A stretch of 64,000 nucleotides of DNA from an uncultured Actinomycetes bacterium (GCA_963725775.1 CAVRZT010000001.1:675568-739567); one strand, 5' to 3'. Shown: positions 42,794 through 51,563, counted from the first letter of the stretch. The notes: generated by a model not told the origin, from the sequence alone. Program-made: numbers and translations.

Positions 42794-44022
42794 CACCGCA
42801 CCCCACTCCAGCGAACGGGCATCTCGGCCAGACCGTCGATGAGGTTCGAGTTGACCCGGGGGAGCGATGCGGGATCGGCCGTCATCTCGAGCCCTTCGAA
42901 GCGGGTGAGGATGGCTTCGAACATCAACCTCGCCTCGAGCCGCGCCAGGTGCGAACCCAGGCAGAAGTGCGGGCCACCGGCGCCGAACGCGACGTGGTCG
43001 TTGGGATCGCGCCGGATGTCGATCACGTCGGGACGGTCGAAGGCACGCTCGTCGCGGTTGGCCGACGCGTAGACCATCAGCACGTGGTCGCCCTCGGCGA
43101 TCGCCTGACCACCGACCTCGGTGTCCTTGGTCGCCATCCGGGTGAACGACATCACCGGGGTCGCGTGACGCAGCAGCTCCTCGATCGCGACGGGCAGCAG
43201 CTCGGGGTCGTCGCGCAGTGCTTCGAGTTGTTCGGGGCGTTCGAGCAGCGAGAGCATGCCGGTGGTGATGAGGTTGCGGGTCGTCTCCGATCCCGCGTTC
43301 TGCAACAACATGAAGAACACCGAGATCTGCATCTGGGTGAGGCGTTCGCCGTCGACCTCGGCGTGGAGCAGCACACTCATCAGGTCGTCGCGCGGTTCGT
43401 CGGCCCGCTCGGCGCACATGGCGTCGGCGTAGACGAACATCGACTGCGCCGCCTCGGCGCGTTCTGCGGGAGTGGTGTCGGCTTCGAACCCGAAGGTGAG
43501 CTCGGTCCACTCGAAGATCTGCTTCCGGTCCTCCTCGGGCACCCCGACAAGGTCGGCGATGGCGTGCAACGGGAGCCACAACGCGACGTCGCGCACGAGG
43601 TCGCACTCGCCGCGCTCGGCGACCGAGTCGATCACCGAGTCGACGCGCGCCTTCACCTGCGCCGCGAGGTCGTTGATGCGACGGGGCGTGAAGCCGGAGC
43701 TGATGAGCTTGCGCAGCTTCGTGTGCTCGGGCGGATCGAGGCTGATCATGAGGAGTGACGCACCCGACTCGTCGCCGAAGTCGGCGCGGTCGGGGAGGAA
43801 GGGGTTGGGCGCGTTCTGGAAGCCGTTCCAGTCGCGCGAGACGCGCTGCACGTCGGCGTGGCGGCTCACCGCCCAGTAGCCGTCGTCCCAACCGGGATGG
43901 TCGTGGTGCGAGACCGGGTCGGTGTCGCGCAGCTCCCGGAACACCTCGTACGGGAACCCCTGGGCATAGGTCGCGGGGTCGTGCAGGGCCGGGCCGTCGT
44001 ACGTGTTGCTGCTCATGCTCAT
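42793..44022 (-). CDS. Cytochrome P450 (CYP124/125/142-like group)
   Basis: 409 aa. Heme-binding FGAGGPHFCLGSHLARLE, I-helix NAGSETTRN, EELLR K-helix. Confidence 0.9.
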   Translation of the reverse strand: MSMSSNTYDGPALHDPATYAQGFPYEVFRELRDTDPVSHHDHPGWDDGYWAVSRHADVQRVSRDWNGFQNAPNPFLPDRADFGDESGASLLMISLDPPEHTKLRKLISSGFTPRRINDLAAQVKARVDSVIDSVAERGECDLVRDVALWLPLHAIADLVGVPEEDRKQIFEWTELTFGFEADTTPAERAEAAQSMFVYADAMCAERADEPRDDLMSVLLHAEVDGERLTQMQISVFFMLLQNAGSETTRNLITTGMLSLLERPEQLEALRDDPELLPVAIEELLRHATPVMSFTRMATKDTEVGGQAIAEGDHVLMVYASANRDERAFDRPDVIDIRRDPNDHVAFGAGGPHFCLGSHLARLEARLMFEAILTRFEGLEMTADPASLPRVNSNLIDGLAEMPVRWSGVR

Positions 44023-44100
44023 GTTCCCCCTGGATCCAGCCGTAGGTTACCGACGACCCACCATCCGAGCTTCACGTTCTCCTGACGTGCCCGTCCGAAG

Positions 44101-45096
44101 ATGACTCGCATGCGTACCCGACTGCTGGCACTCCTCCTCGCCGCCGCGACAGCAGCAGTTGCCGTCCCGGCCGTGGTGGTGCCGAGTGTGGTCGCCGGCG
44201 CCGCCACCAGGACCGGCGGCGGGTGCGGGAAAGGGGCCACGTCCGGGGTCACCACCGAGCAGCTCACCGTCGACGGCACGACCCGTGACTACCTTCTCTC
44301 GATCCCCGATTCGTACGACCCGTCGACCCGGGCGCCGCTGATCTTCAACTTCCATGGGCTCGGCTCGAACAAGGAGCAGCAGGCGCTCTATACGGGGATG
44401 AACCAGAAGGCGGGCGCCGACGGCTACGTGGTGATCACGCCCGACGGGACCGGTGCCGACCTGCGGCACTGGACGTTCCCGCCCCTCCCGGGCTCGGCGG
44501 TCGACGTCGCGTACGTGAAGGCGCTGCTTGCGACGACGGCGCGCTCGCTCTGCATCGACCCGAAGCGCGTGTACGCGACCGGCATGTCGAACGGCGCGAT
44601 CTTCTCGACCGCGCTGGCGTGTGCACTACCGGGACGGTTCGCCGCCATCGCACCGGTCGCAGGGGTGAACGCGACCAAGGTGTGCAGCAGCGGTTCGCCG
44701 CGCACGTCGGTGCTCGCGTTCCACGGCACCGCCGACCCGATCGTGCCCTATGCAGGGGGCCGGTACTTCGCCGGGGCCAACCCGCTCGACGACACCCCGC
44801 CTCGCGCCGGTGCAGCCCGCGCACAGCCCGTCGACGACGCGGTGGCGGGCTGGGCGGCCTTCGACGGCTGTGGCACTCCCGCGACCACCACGCCGGAGGC
44901 AGGGGGGATCGAGCACGTCGTGTACCCCGACTGCCCGACCGGCGGCGCCGTCGAGCTCTACCGGGTCGTCGACGGCGGCCACACGTGGCCGGGTGCCTTC
45001 CCGATCAACACCGCGCGACTGGGCCCGACGACCTCGGCGATCGACGCCACCGCCCTGATGCTCGCCTTCTTCGACGCCCACCCGCGCAAGGCCTGA
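44101..45096 (+). CDS. Secreted esterase, PHB-depolymerase/LpqC-like family
   Basis: Signal peptide MTRMRTRLLALLLAAATAAVAVPA. GMSNGA nucleophile elbow. FHGTADPIVPY. Confidence 0.8.
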   Translation: MTRMRTRLLALLLAAATAAVAVPAVVVPSVVAGAATRTGGGCGKGATSGVTTEQLTVDGTTRDYLLSIPDSYDPSTRAPLIFNFHGLGSNKEQQALYTGMNQKAGADGYVVITPDGTGADLRHWTFPPLPGSAVDVAYVKALLATTARSLCIDPKRVYATGMSNGAIFSTALACALPGRFAAIAPVAGVNATKVCSSGSPRTSVLAFHGTADPIVPYAGGRYFAGANPLDDTPPRAGAARAQPVDDAVAGWAAFDGCGTPATTTPEAGGIEHVVYPDCPTGGAVELYRVVDGGHTWPGAFPINTARLGPTTSAIDATALMLAFFDAHPRKA

Positions 45097-45124
45097 GCAC
45101 CCGACCGGAGTGCGGGCCAGACCC

Positions 45125-45158
45125 TCCCCTTAGGTACAGTCCACCTTACCGAAGGGGG
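45125..45158 (+). promoter_or_regulatory. Inverted repeat overlapping the ZIP-transporter ribosome-binding site
   Basis: TCCCCTTAGGTA (45125-45136) pairs with TACCGAAGGGGG (45147-45158) at 10 of 12 positions. The right arm contains GAAGGGGG, 5 nt before GTG 45163. Confidence 0.3.
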
Positions 45159-45162
45159 TCTC

Positions 45163-46014
45163 GTGAGTAGTTGGGAAATCGTCGCGCTCGGGGCGATCGC
45201 AGGCTTCACCATCTTCCTGGGGCTCCCCATCGGCCGGATGCGGCGACCGGCCCCAGGGCTCCGGGCGCTGCTGAACGCGACGGCCATCGGCATCCTGATC
45301 TTCCTGCTCTGGGACGTGCTGTCCGCCGGGATCGAGCCGGTCGAGAGCTCGTTGGTCGCGGCGACCGACCATGGCGGATCGTGGTGGCGCTTCGTCGGGT
45401 TCAGCGTGTTGTTGACGGCCAGCGTGTCGGTCGGACTCGTCACCCTCGTGTACTACGACCGCTGGTTGCGACGCGCGACCGTGACGCGTCCGGATGGGCC
45501 CGGTGCAGCCACGGCGACCAGGCGCAACCTGTCCGCCGGTCCGATCGCTCGTCTGACGGAACCGAAGCGGTTGGCCTTCTTCATCGCGCTCGGGATCGGG
45601 TTCCACAACTTCTCCGAAGGCCTCGCGATCGGTCAGTCCGCAGCGGCCGGTGAGATCACACTCGCGGTGCTGCTCATCGTCGGGTTCGGACTGCACAACG
45701 CCACGGAGGGGTTCGGGATCGTCGCGCCGCTCGCGGCCGAGGGCGAACGGCCGTCGTGGGCATTCCTCGGGCTGATGGGTCTGATCGGCGGCGGCCCCAC
45801 CTTCGTCGGCACGATCATCGGTCAGACCTGGGTGAACGAGTGGCTGTTCACCGCGTTCCTCGGGCTCGCCGCGGGATCGATCCTCTACGTGGTGATCGAG
45901 CTTCTCGCGGTGGGGCGCAAGCTCGGGTACCGGGAGCTTGCGACGTGGGGGATCCTGCTCGGGTTGTTCCTCGGCTTCGCCACCGACATGGTGCTCGTCG
46001 CGGCGGGCACCTGA
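45163..46014 (+). CDS. ZIP-family divalent metal transporter
   Basis: 283 aa, multi-TM. Paired motifs GFHNFSEGLAIG and GLHNATEGFGI. Confidence 0.85.
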   Translation: MSSWEIVALGAIAGFTIFLGLPIGRMRRPAPGLRALLNATAIGILIFLLWDVLSAGIEPVESSLVAATDHGGSWWRFVGFSVLLTASVSVGLVTLVYYDRWLRRATVTRPDGPGAATATRRNLSAGPIARLTEPKRLAFFIALGIGFHNFSEGLAIGQSAAAGEITLAVLLIVGFGLHNATEGFGIVAPLAAEGERPSWAFLGLMGLIGGGPTFVGTIIGQTWVNEWLFTAFLGLAAGSILYVVIELLAVGRKLGYRELATWGILLGLFLGFATDMVLVAAGT

Positions 46015-46044
46015 GGCCCGCTCGTCGTCAGGTCGCCGCGCTCC

Positions 46045-46965
46045 TCATGAGACCGTGGTGACGACGATCATCACGATGCCGAAGACGATGCTGTAGACCG
46101 CGAACGGCACGAGGGTGCGCGTGCGGAAGAACCGGGTGAGGAAGCGCACGGCGACGTACGCCGCGAGACCGGCCGCGATGCTCCCGACCAGCACCTGCCC
46201 GCGGATGCCGTCGCCGTTGTGGCCGATCAGATCGGGCAGCTTGTAGACGCCGGCGGCGAAGATCACGGGCGTCGCGAGCATGAACGACAACTTCGCCGCG
46301 TCCTCGTGATCGAGCCCGCGGAGGAGACCCGCGACCATGGTGACGCCCGAGCGGCTGATCCCCGCGAAGAGGGCGAGGATCTGCGCGCTTCCGACGAACA
46401 CGCCTTCGCGCAGTTCGAGCGTGTCGAGATCTCGACCGACGTCATGGCCGGCGTCGGTGTGGTGGGCGTGCTCGTCGACCAGCTCGCGGGTCTCCGACCG
46501 CCGTCGGAGACGCTCGCCGGCGAGCAGGATCAACCCGTTGATCGTGAGGAAGACCGCCGCGGCGGTCGGATTGGCGAAGACGGTGCGCAAGCTGTGCTCG
46601 AACGCGAGCCCGACGATCGCCACCGGCAAGGTTCCGAGCACGAGAAGCCAGGCCATCCGCTCGGGCGCGGTCTCGATCCGACGCTTCCGGATGGACGCGA
46701 AGAATCCCTTGATCACCTCGATCCAGTCGCGTCGGTAGAAGACGAGCAGCGCGATCGCGGTGGCCACGTGCAACCCGACGAGAAACGCGAGGTAGAACGA
46801 CTCGTCGGCAGCTGCGCCGGCGACGAGCGAGTGCCAGCCGAGCAGCTCGGGCACGAGCACCGAGTGCCCGAGACTCGACACCGGGAAGAGTTCCGTGATC
46901 CCCTGGAGGATCCCGATGACGATCGCCTGGAGGTAGGTCAGGGGCGTCGTCGCCAGCGTCAACAT
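46045..46965 (-). CDS. uppP: Undecaprenyl-diphosphate phosphatase
   Basis: GILQGITELFPVSSLGH and AGISRSGVTMVAG signatures. 8 TM-like segments. Start MLTLATTPL at 46965. Confidence 0.85.
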   Translation of the reverse strand: MLTLATTPLTYLQAIVIGILQGITELFPVSSLGHSVLVPELLGWHSLVAGAAADESFYLAFLVGLHVATAIALLVFYRRDWIEVIKGFFASIRKRRIETAPERMAWLLVLGTLPVAIVGLAFEHSLRTVFANPTAAAVFLTINGLILLAGERLRRRSETRELVDEHAHHTDAGHDVGRDLDTLELREGVFVGSAQILALFAGISRSGVTMVAGLLRGLDHEDAAKLSFMLATPVIFAAGVYKLPDLIGHNGDGIRGQVLVGSIAAGLAAYVAVRFLTRFFRTRTLVPFAVYSIVFGIVMIVVTTVS

Positions 46966-46992
46966 CGCCGCCGGGAAAGTAGGGAAGTCCAG

Positions 46993-47008
46993 CTGAATCC
47001 CGGCTGAA
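46993..47008 (-). promoter_or_regulatory. Direct repeat TTCAG-N6-TTCAG (candidate response-regulator box) upstream of uppP
   Basis: The minus strand reads GCTTCAGCCGGGATTCAGCT. The proximal repeat lies 28 nt upstream of the uppP start. Confidence 0.45.
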
Positions 47009-47030
47009 GCCTCGGCGAGCGACGCTCCGA

Positions 47031-47330
47031 TCAGCCCTGGCCTTCGTGCTCCGTGGTGTCGGCCGCGCCATCTTCGTGTTCGGTGCCGGGCGTCTCCGTG
47101 GCGTCGGCCTGCTCGCCGTGCTCGGGCGCGTCCGGGACGTCGTTGGCCTCGGGCGTGTCCGGCGCGTCCGGTGCGTCGTTCGTCGTGCCTGCATGCTGGG
47201 CGGGCAGCGCCGGTGTCCGCGCCGGGGCGGAGCTCCCGGTCGTGGCGGCGGCGATCCCGGCGGCGCCTCCGAGCACCCCGAGGAGCACGGCTCCGGTCGC
47301 GACCAACTTCTTGGTGGGCAGGGATCTCAC
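47031..47330 (-). CDS. Small membrane-anchored/secreted acidic protein
   Basis: GTG 47330 lies 7 nt after AGGAGG. One hydrophobic segment (LVATGAVLLGVLGGAAGIAAA), then an acidic tail with NDAPDAPDTPEANDVPDAPEHGE repeats. High GC3. Confidence 0.5.
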   Translation of the reverse strand: MRSLPTKKLVATGAVLLGVLGGAAGIAAATTGSSAPARTPALPAQHAGTTNDAPDAPDTPEANDVPDAPEHGEQADATETPGTEHEDGAADTTEHEGQG

Positions 47331-47452
47331 GGGTGGGCCTCCTGGCGAGGTGGTCGATCGACCACGGATGGCCGAGTTGTCGGGCGGCACCATGGGACAC
47401 TCGTGCTGACCGCACGCTGAACGGACCGGAGCCCCCGGGGCGGTCGATCCCG

Positions 47453-47479
47453 CTCAGCCGTCGTTCAAGCCTCGTTCAG
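47453..47479 (+). promoter_or_regulatory. Three phased direct repeats CTCAG-N6-TTCAA-N6-TTCAG upstream of the response regulator
   Basis: 11-bp phasing. The last repeat lies 52 nt upstream of ATG 47531. Confidence 0.5.
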
Positions 47480-47530
47480 GTTCCCGGCGCGAGGCTGGGG
47501 TGTTCGGACCGGCAACTGCGAGGCCCAGGC

Positions 47531-48208
47531 ATGCGGGTGCTGATCGTCGAGGACGAGAAGAAGGTCGCGGCGGCGGTTCGGCGCGGGCTCGAGGCGGAAG
47601 GATTCGCGGTCGACGTCGCCCTCACCGGGACCGACGGACTGTGGATGGCGACCGAGCACAGCTACGACATCATCGTGCTCGACATCATGCTGCCGGGCAT
47701 GAACGGCTACAAGCTCTGCGAACAGCTCCGCGACAACGGGGACTGGACCCCGATCCTGATGCTCACCGCCAAGGACGGCGAGTACGACCACGCCGAGGCC
47801 CTCGACACCGGTGCCGACGACTTCCTCACCAAGCCCTTCTCGTTCGTGGTGTTGCTGGCGAGGATCCGAGCGCTGCTGCGCCGCACGGGCCGCTCGCGAC
47901 CGGTGATCTCGCGTGCCGGTGACCTCACGATCAACCCGGTGACCCATCGCTGCGCGCGTGGCGACGTGGAGGTGGAGTTGACCGCGCGCGAGTTCGCGGT
48001 GCTCGAGTTCCTGATGCGGCGCGCCGGCGAGGTCGTGCCGAAGTCGGAGATCCTCGACAACGTATGGGACTTCGCGTTCGAAGGTGATCCGAACATCGTC
48101 GAGGTCTACGTCCGCCATCTCCGGAAGAAGCTCGACGAGCCGTTCGGACGACAGCTGATCCAGACGATCCGGGGTGCGGGATACCGTCTCGATCCGGCAG
48201 GCGGATGA
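47531..48208 (+). CDS. OmpR/PhoB-family response regulator
   Basis: 225 aa. Receiver domain (VLDIMLPGMNG, LMLTAKD) and winged-helix (LTAREFAVLEFLM..VEVYVRHLRKKL). Confidence 0.9.
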   Translation: MRVLIVEDEKKVAAAVRRGLEAEGFAVDVALTGTDGLWMATEHSYDIIVLDIMLPGMNGYKLCEQLRDNGDWTPILMLTAKDGEYDHAEALDTGADDFLTKPFSFVVLLARIRALLRRTGRSRPVISRAGDLTINPVTHRCARGDVEVELTAREFAVLEFLMRRAGEVVPKSEILDNVWDFAFEGDPNIVEVYVRHLRKKLDEPFGRQLIQTIRGAGYRLDPAGG

Positions 48209-48212
48209 CGTG

Positions 48213-49574
48213 ATGCGGCGCATCGCGACCGTTCGCGTCCGCGTCACGCTGGCCGCGGTCGTGGTCGTCGCGGTCGCGCTCGCCGCGGGGGCGGCGTGGC
48301 TGGTCCAGGCCCATCGTGATTCGTTGACGCAGAACGTGGAGACCGCCGCCCGGCTGCGTTCCCGCGACATCGCCACGACCATCGCCGACGGCGCGTTCCC
48401 CGACGTCCTCGCGGTACCCCGAGGCGACGAGAACCTCGTGCAGGTGGTCGACGCGAGCGGCACCGTCGTCGCGGCGTCCACGAACCTCCGCGGCGACTCG
48501 CGCATCAGCACCCTCGAGCCCGGTCCGAGTGGCTACGCCGCCCGCAACCAGGTCGAGTTCGCGCAAGGCGACGGACCGTTCCGCGTCGTCGCCCGGCGGG
48601 TCGTCACCGATGCCGGCGCGTACACGGTGTACGTCGCAGGGTCGCTCGAACGCGTCGACCAGAGCACGTCGAGCCTGATCCGGCTGCTCGCGTTCGGGCT
48701 TCCCGCATTGCTCCTGATCGTCGGACTCACGACCTGGGTGGTCACCGGACACGCGCTGCGCCCGGTGGAATCGATCCGGCGCGAGGTCGAAGCCATCGGT
48801 GCGCAGGGTCTCCATCGCCGGGTCCCGGAACCGACGACGGCCGACGAGATCGGCCGGCTCGCCCGAACGATGAACGCGATGCTGGCGCGGCTCGAGGACG
48901 CCACCGAGCGTCAGCGTCGGTTCGTCGCCGACGCGAGCCACGAGCTGCGCAGCCCTCTCACCGGGATCCGGGCTCAGCTCGAGGTCGACCTCGCGCACCC
49001 GGAACACGCCGACTGGCAGGCCACCGAACGCGACGTCCTCGACGACGCGGTCCGTTTGCAGCGTCTCGTCGACGATCTGCTGGCGCTCGCGACCGTCGAC
49101 GCCGCAGGGCAGGACTCGTCGCGCCGCGAACCGGTCGACCTCGACGAGATCGTGCTCACCGAAGCCCGACGACTCCGGAGCCGAACTTCCCACGACATCG
49201 ATACCCGGGCGGTCTCCGGCGCGCAGCTCGTCGGGAACAGCGGTCAGCTCGTACGCGCCGTGCGCAACCTGCTCGACAATGCCGCGCACCACGCCGCGTC
49301 GACCGTGACCGTGACCCTGCGGGAGTCGGCGTCGAACGCGGTGCTGAGCGTCGCCGACGACGGCCCCGGCATTCCCACCGACCAGCGGGAGCGGATCTTC
49401 GAACGGTTCGCGCGCCTCGACGGCGCCCGGACCCGGGACGATGGGGGGACCGGGCTCGGGCTCGCGATCACCCACGACGTCGTGACCCTCCACGGTGGGA
49501 CGATCACGATCGACGACTGCACCGATGCAGGTGCCTGCTTCGTCGTGTCGCTGCCCCTCGCGCCCACGTCGTAG
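48213..49574 (+). CDS. Sensor histidine kinase (HAMP-HisKA-HATPase)
   Basis: H-box SHELRSPLTGI, N-box NLLDNAAHH, DDGPGIP, GTGLGLAI. Two TM segments. Alternative GTG start at 48210. Confidence 0.9.
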   Translation: MRRIATVRVRVTLAAVVVVAVALAAGAAWLVQAHRDSLTQNVETAARLRSRDIATTIADGAFPDVLAVPRGDENLVQVVDASGTVVAASTNLRGDSRISTLEPGPSGYAARNQVEFAQGDGPFRVVARRVVTDAGAYTVYVAGSLERVDQSTSSLIRLLAFGLPALLLIVGLTTWVVTGHALRPVESIRREVEAIGAQGLHRRVPEPTTADEIGRLARTMNAMLARLEDATERQRRFVADASHELRSPLTGIRAQLEVDLAHPEHADWQATERDVLDDAVRLQRLVDDLLALATVDAAGQDSSRREPVDLDEIVLTEARRLRSRTSHDIDTRAVSGAQLVGNSGQLVRAVRNLLDNAAHHAASTVTVTLRESASNAVLSVADDGPGIPTDQRERIFERFARLDGARTRDDGGTGLGLAITHDVVTLHGGTITIDDCTDAGACFVVSLPLAPTS

Positions 49575-49580
49575 CCGCGC

Positions 49581-49596
49581 TTCAGCGCCCGTTCAG
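49581..49596 (+). promoter_or_regulatory. Direct repeat TTCAG-N6-TTCAG upstream of the glycosyltransferase
   Basis: TTCAGCGCCCGTTCAG begins 7 nt after the kinase stop and ends 28 nt before ATG 49624. Confidence 0.45.
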
Positions 49597-49623
49597 GGAC
49601 GCGCGCCGACAGTCACCACTGTG

Positions 49624-50907
49624 ATGAAGCTCACGGCACGGCCCGTACCGCGTCGCGAGCTGATGGTCGCAGCGACCCTGATGCTCCTGTTGGCTGCGTT
49701 GGCCCTGCAGCTCGTCTTCTACCGCGACGGCGGGCACCACTCGATCAGCGACCTCCCGCGGGTCTTTCTCCATCGCGGGATCCGCCCGGGCGTTCTCCCC
49801 TTCGTCGACCGACCGGTCGAGTACCCGGTGCTGGCGGGCGTGTTCCTGTACCTGGCGTCATTGGTGTGGGCATCACCCTTTGGTGTCCTCCTCGTCACCG
49901 CGCTCGCAGCGAGCGCGGTGTGTGTCGCAGTGACGCTCGTGCTCGAGCGGAGGTTCGGGGCGCGGGCGTGGCGGTGGGCGCTCGCCGCACCGCTCGTGCT
50001 CTACGCGTTCCAGAACTGGGACGTGTTCGCGGTCGCGGCGATGCTCGCCGGGCTGCTCGCCTTCGAACGGCACCGGGACGGCGCGGCAGGGGTCTGGCTC
50101 GGTGTCGGTGCGGCCATCAAGCTCTTTCCCGCGGTCGTCGTGCTACCCCTCGCCGCGCTGCGGTGGTCGGTCGGGGACCGACGCGGGGCGATCCGGCTCG
50201 TCGTGGGCGCGCTCGGCACGCTCGCGCTCGTCAACCTGCCGTTCCTGATCGTCAATCCGCCGGGATGGTGGTGGCCGCTGGCGTTCCAGTCGCATCGCAA
50301 CGCGACCTGGGGCAGTGCGTGGTTCTTGCTCCTCCGCGTAGCGGAGCTCCCGGTCCACGGCGTCGGGGGTGCGCACGTGGCGAACCTCGTGTCGCTGCTC
50401 GCACTCGTCGCCGCGCTGGCGTGGCTCACGTTCGTGACCTTCGAGCGGAAGCTGCCGCCATTCCACGCCGCCGCGGCGGCGGTCGTGATCTTCGTGCTGT
50501 GCAACAAGGTCTACTCACCGACGTACGACGTGTGGCTCGTCGTGTTCTTCGTGGCCGTTCCCCTGAGCCGTCGGCTCTGGGTCGCGTTCTGCGCAGTGGA
50601 CCTCGCGGTGTTCGTCACGGTGTACGGCTACTTCGCCGCGATCGAACCGGTCTCGTTCGTGCGCACCGTGCTGCCCGTCCTCGTCATCGTCCGTACCGGT
50701 GTCCTGCTGGCCGTGGTCGCGGTGGCGACGCGCCGAACCAACGCCGGGAGAGATCTCGAAGCGGTGCCGGTCGGTGCCGACGCCCGCGGCTGGCTCCGCG
50801 CAACTCAGCCGGTGGCGAACTCGTCGTCGGCGTCGTGGGGGAGCAGCTCCGGCGTCCAGCGGTGGTCGCCGTCGTGGTCGGGTGTCAGGAGGCACCGCAG
50901 CCGGTAG
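49624..50907 (+). CDS. GT-C-fold membrane glycosyltransferase (DUF2029/GT87-like, polyprenol-phosphate-sugar dependent)
   Basis: About 10 TM segments with a conserved early loop (VEYPVLAGVF) and FQNWDVFAV..GAAIKLFPAVV. The last 40 or so codons look non-protein-like, so the 3' end is uncertain. Confidence 0.65.
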   Translation: MKLTARPVPRRELMVAATLMLLLAALALQLVFYRDGGHHSISDLPRVFLHRGIRPGVLPFVDRPVEYPVLAGVFLYLASLVWASPFGVLLVTALAASAVCVAVTLVLERRFGARAWRWALAAPLVLYAFQNWDVFAVAAMLAGLLAFERHRDGAAGVWLGVGAAIKLFPAVVVLPLAALRWSVGDRRGAIRLVVGALGTLALVNLPFLIVNPPGWWWPLAFQSHRNATWGSAWFLLLRVAELPVHGVGGAHVANLVSLLALVAALAWLTFVTFERKLPPFHAAAAAVVIFVLCNKVYSPTYDVWLVVFFVAVPLSRRLWVAFCAVDLAVFVTVYGYFAAIEPVSFVRTVLPVLVIVRTGVLLAVVAVATRRTNAGRDLEAVPVGADARGWLRATQPVANSSSASWGSSSGVQRWSPSWSGVRRHRSR

Positions 50908-50966
50908 TGCAGGCGCGTCGAACGGACCTCGTCACAGGTCGCGGTTCGGGTCACGTGCGTTTCCAC
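50805..50966 (-). CDS. Possible 53-aa ORF (hypothetical)
   Basis: GTG follows GGAGAG. High GC3 from the start codon on (METHVTRTATCDEVRSTRLHYRLRCLLTPDHDGDHRWTPELLPHDADDEFATG). It overlaps the glycosyltransferase tail convergently. Confidence 0.2.
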   Translation of the reverse strand: METHVTRTATCDEVRSTRLHYRLRCLLTPDHDGDHRWTPELLPHDADDEFATG

Positions 50967-51071
50967 CTCTCCATGATCGGCATCGCGGGCGACATCATTG
51001 AGACCAACGTGTAACCAACAGGTGAACAGCTCCAAGCCGTCTGGGGGCGTGTGACCTGATTCACTGGGGCC

Positions 51072-51563
51072 GTGCACGCTGTCGTGTTGTCCGACACCCA
51101 TCTCCGCGACGACGGTGGTCGTCGGCTCCCGGATGTCGTGTACGAGGCCCTGCTGGTCGCCGACGCGGTCTTCCACTGCGGCGATGTCGTGGAACGGACC
51201 CTACTCGACGAGCTCGCGAACTACGGACCGGTCTACGCCGTGCTCGGCAACAACGACGTGACGTTGCGGGGCACACTCCCCGAACGTCTGGTGGTCGAGC
51301 TCGACGGTGTGCGCGTCGGCATGGTGCACGATTCCGGTCTGACCAAGGGTCGCGCCGCGCGCATGCGGCGCGCGTTCCCGACGTGCGATCTCGTGGTGTT
51401 CGGTCACAGCCACGCACCGGTCGACGAGCTCGGCATCGACGGCCAGCGGTTGCTCAACCCCGGATCGCCGACACAACGCCGTCGGCAACCGCTTCCGAGC
51501 TTCGCCACGTTCACCGTCGACGCCGACCGGATCACCGACCACCGTGTCATCGAGGTGGTGTGA
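51072..51563 (+). CDS. YfcE/MJ0936-type metallophosphoesterase
   Basis: 163 aa. VLSDTH, HCGD, GNND and GHSH metal-ligand motifs in canonical order. Confidence 0.8.
   Translation: MHAVVLSDTHLRDDGGRRLPDVVYEALLVADAVFHCGDVVERTLLDELANYGPVYAVLGNNDVTLRGTLPERLVVELDGVRVGMVHDSGLTKGRAARMRRAFPTCDLVVFGHSHAPVDELGIDGQRLLNPGSPTQRRRQPLPSFATFTVDADRITDHRVIEVV

Noticed and set aside
44071-44087. CTGACGTGCCCGTCCG upstream of the secreted esterase, resembling the five-copy palindrome
   Set aside because: The left half-site matches, but the spacing is 4 rather than 3 and the right half is degenerate (CGTCCG). It was not counted as a site.
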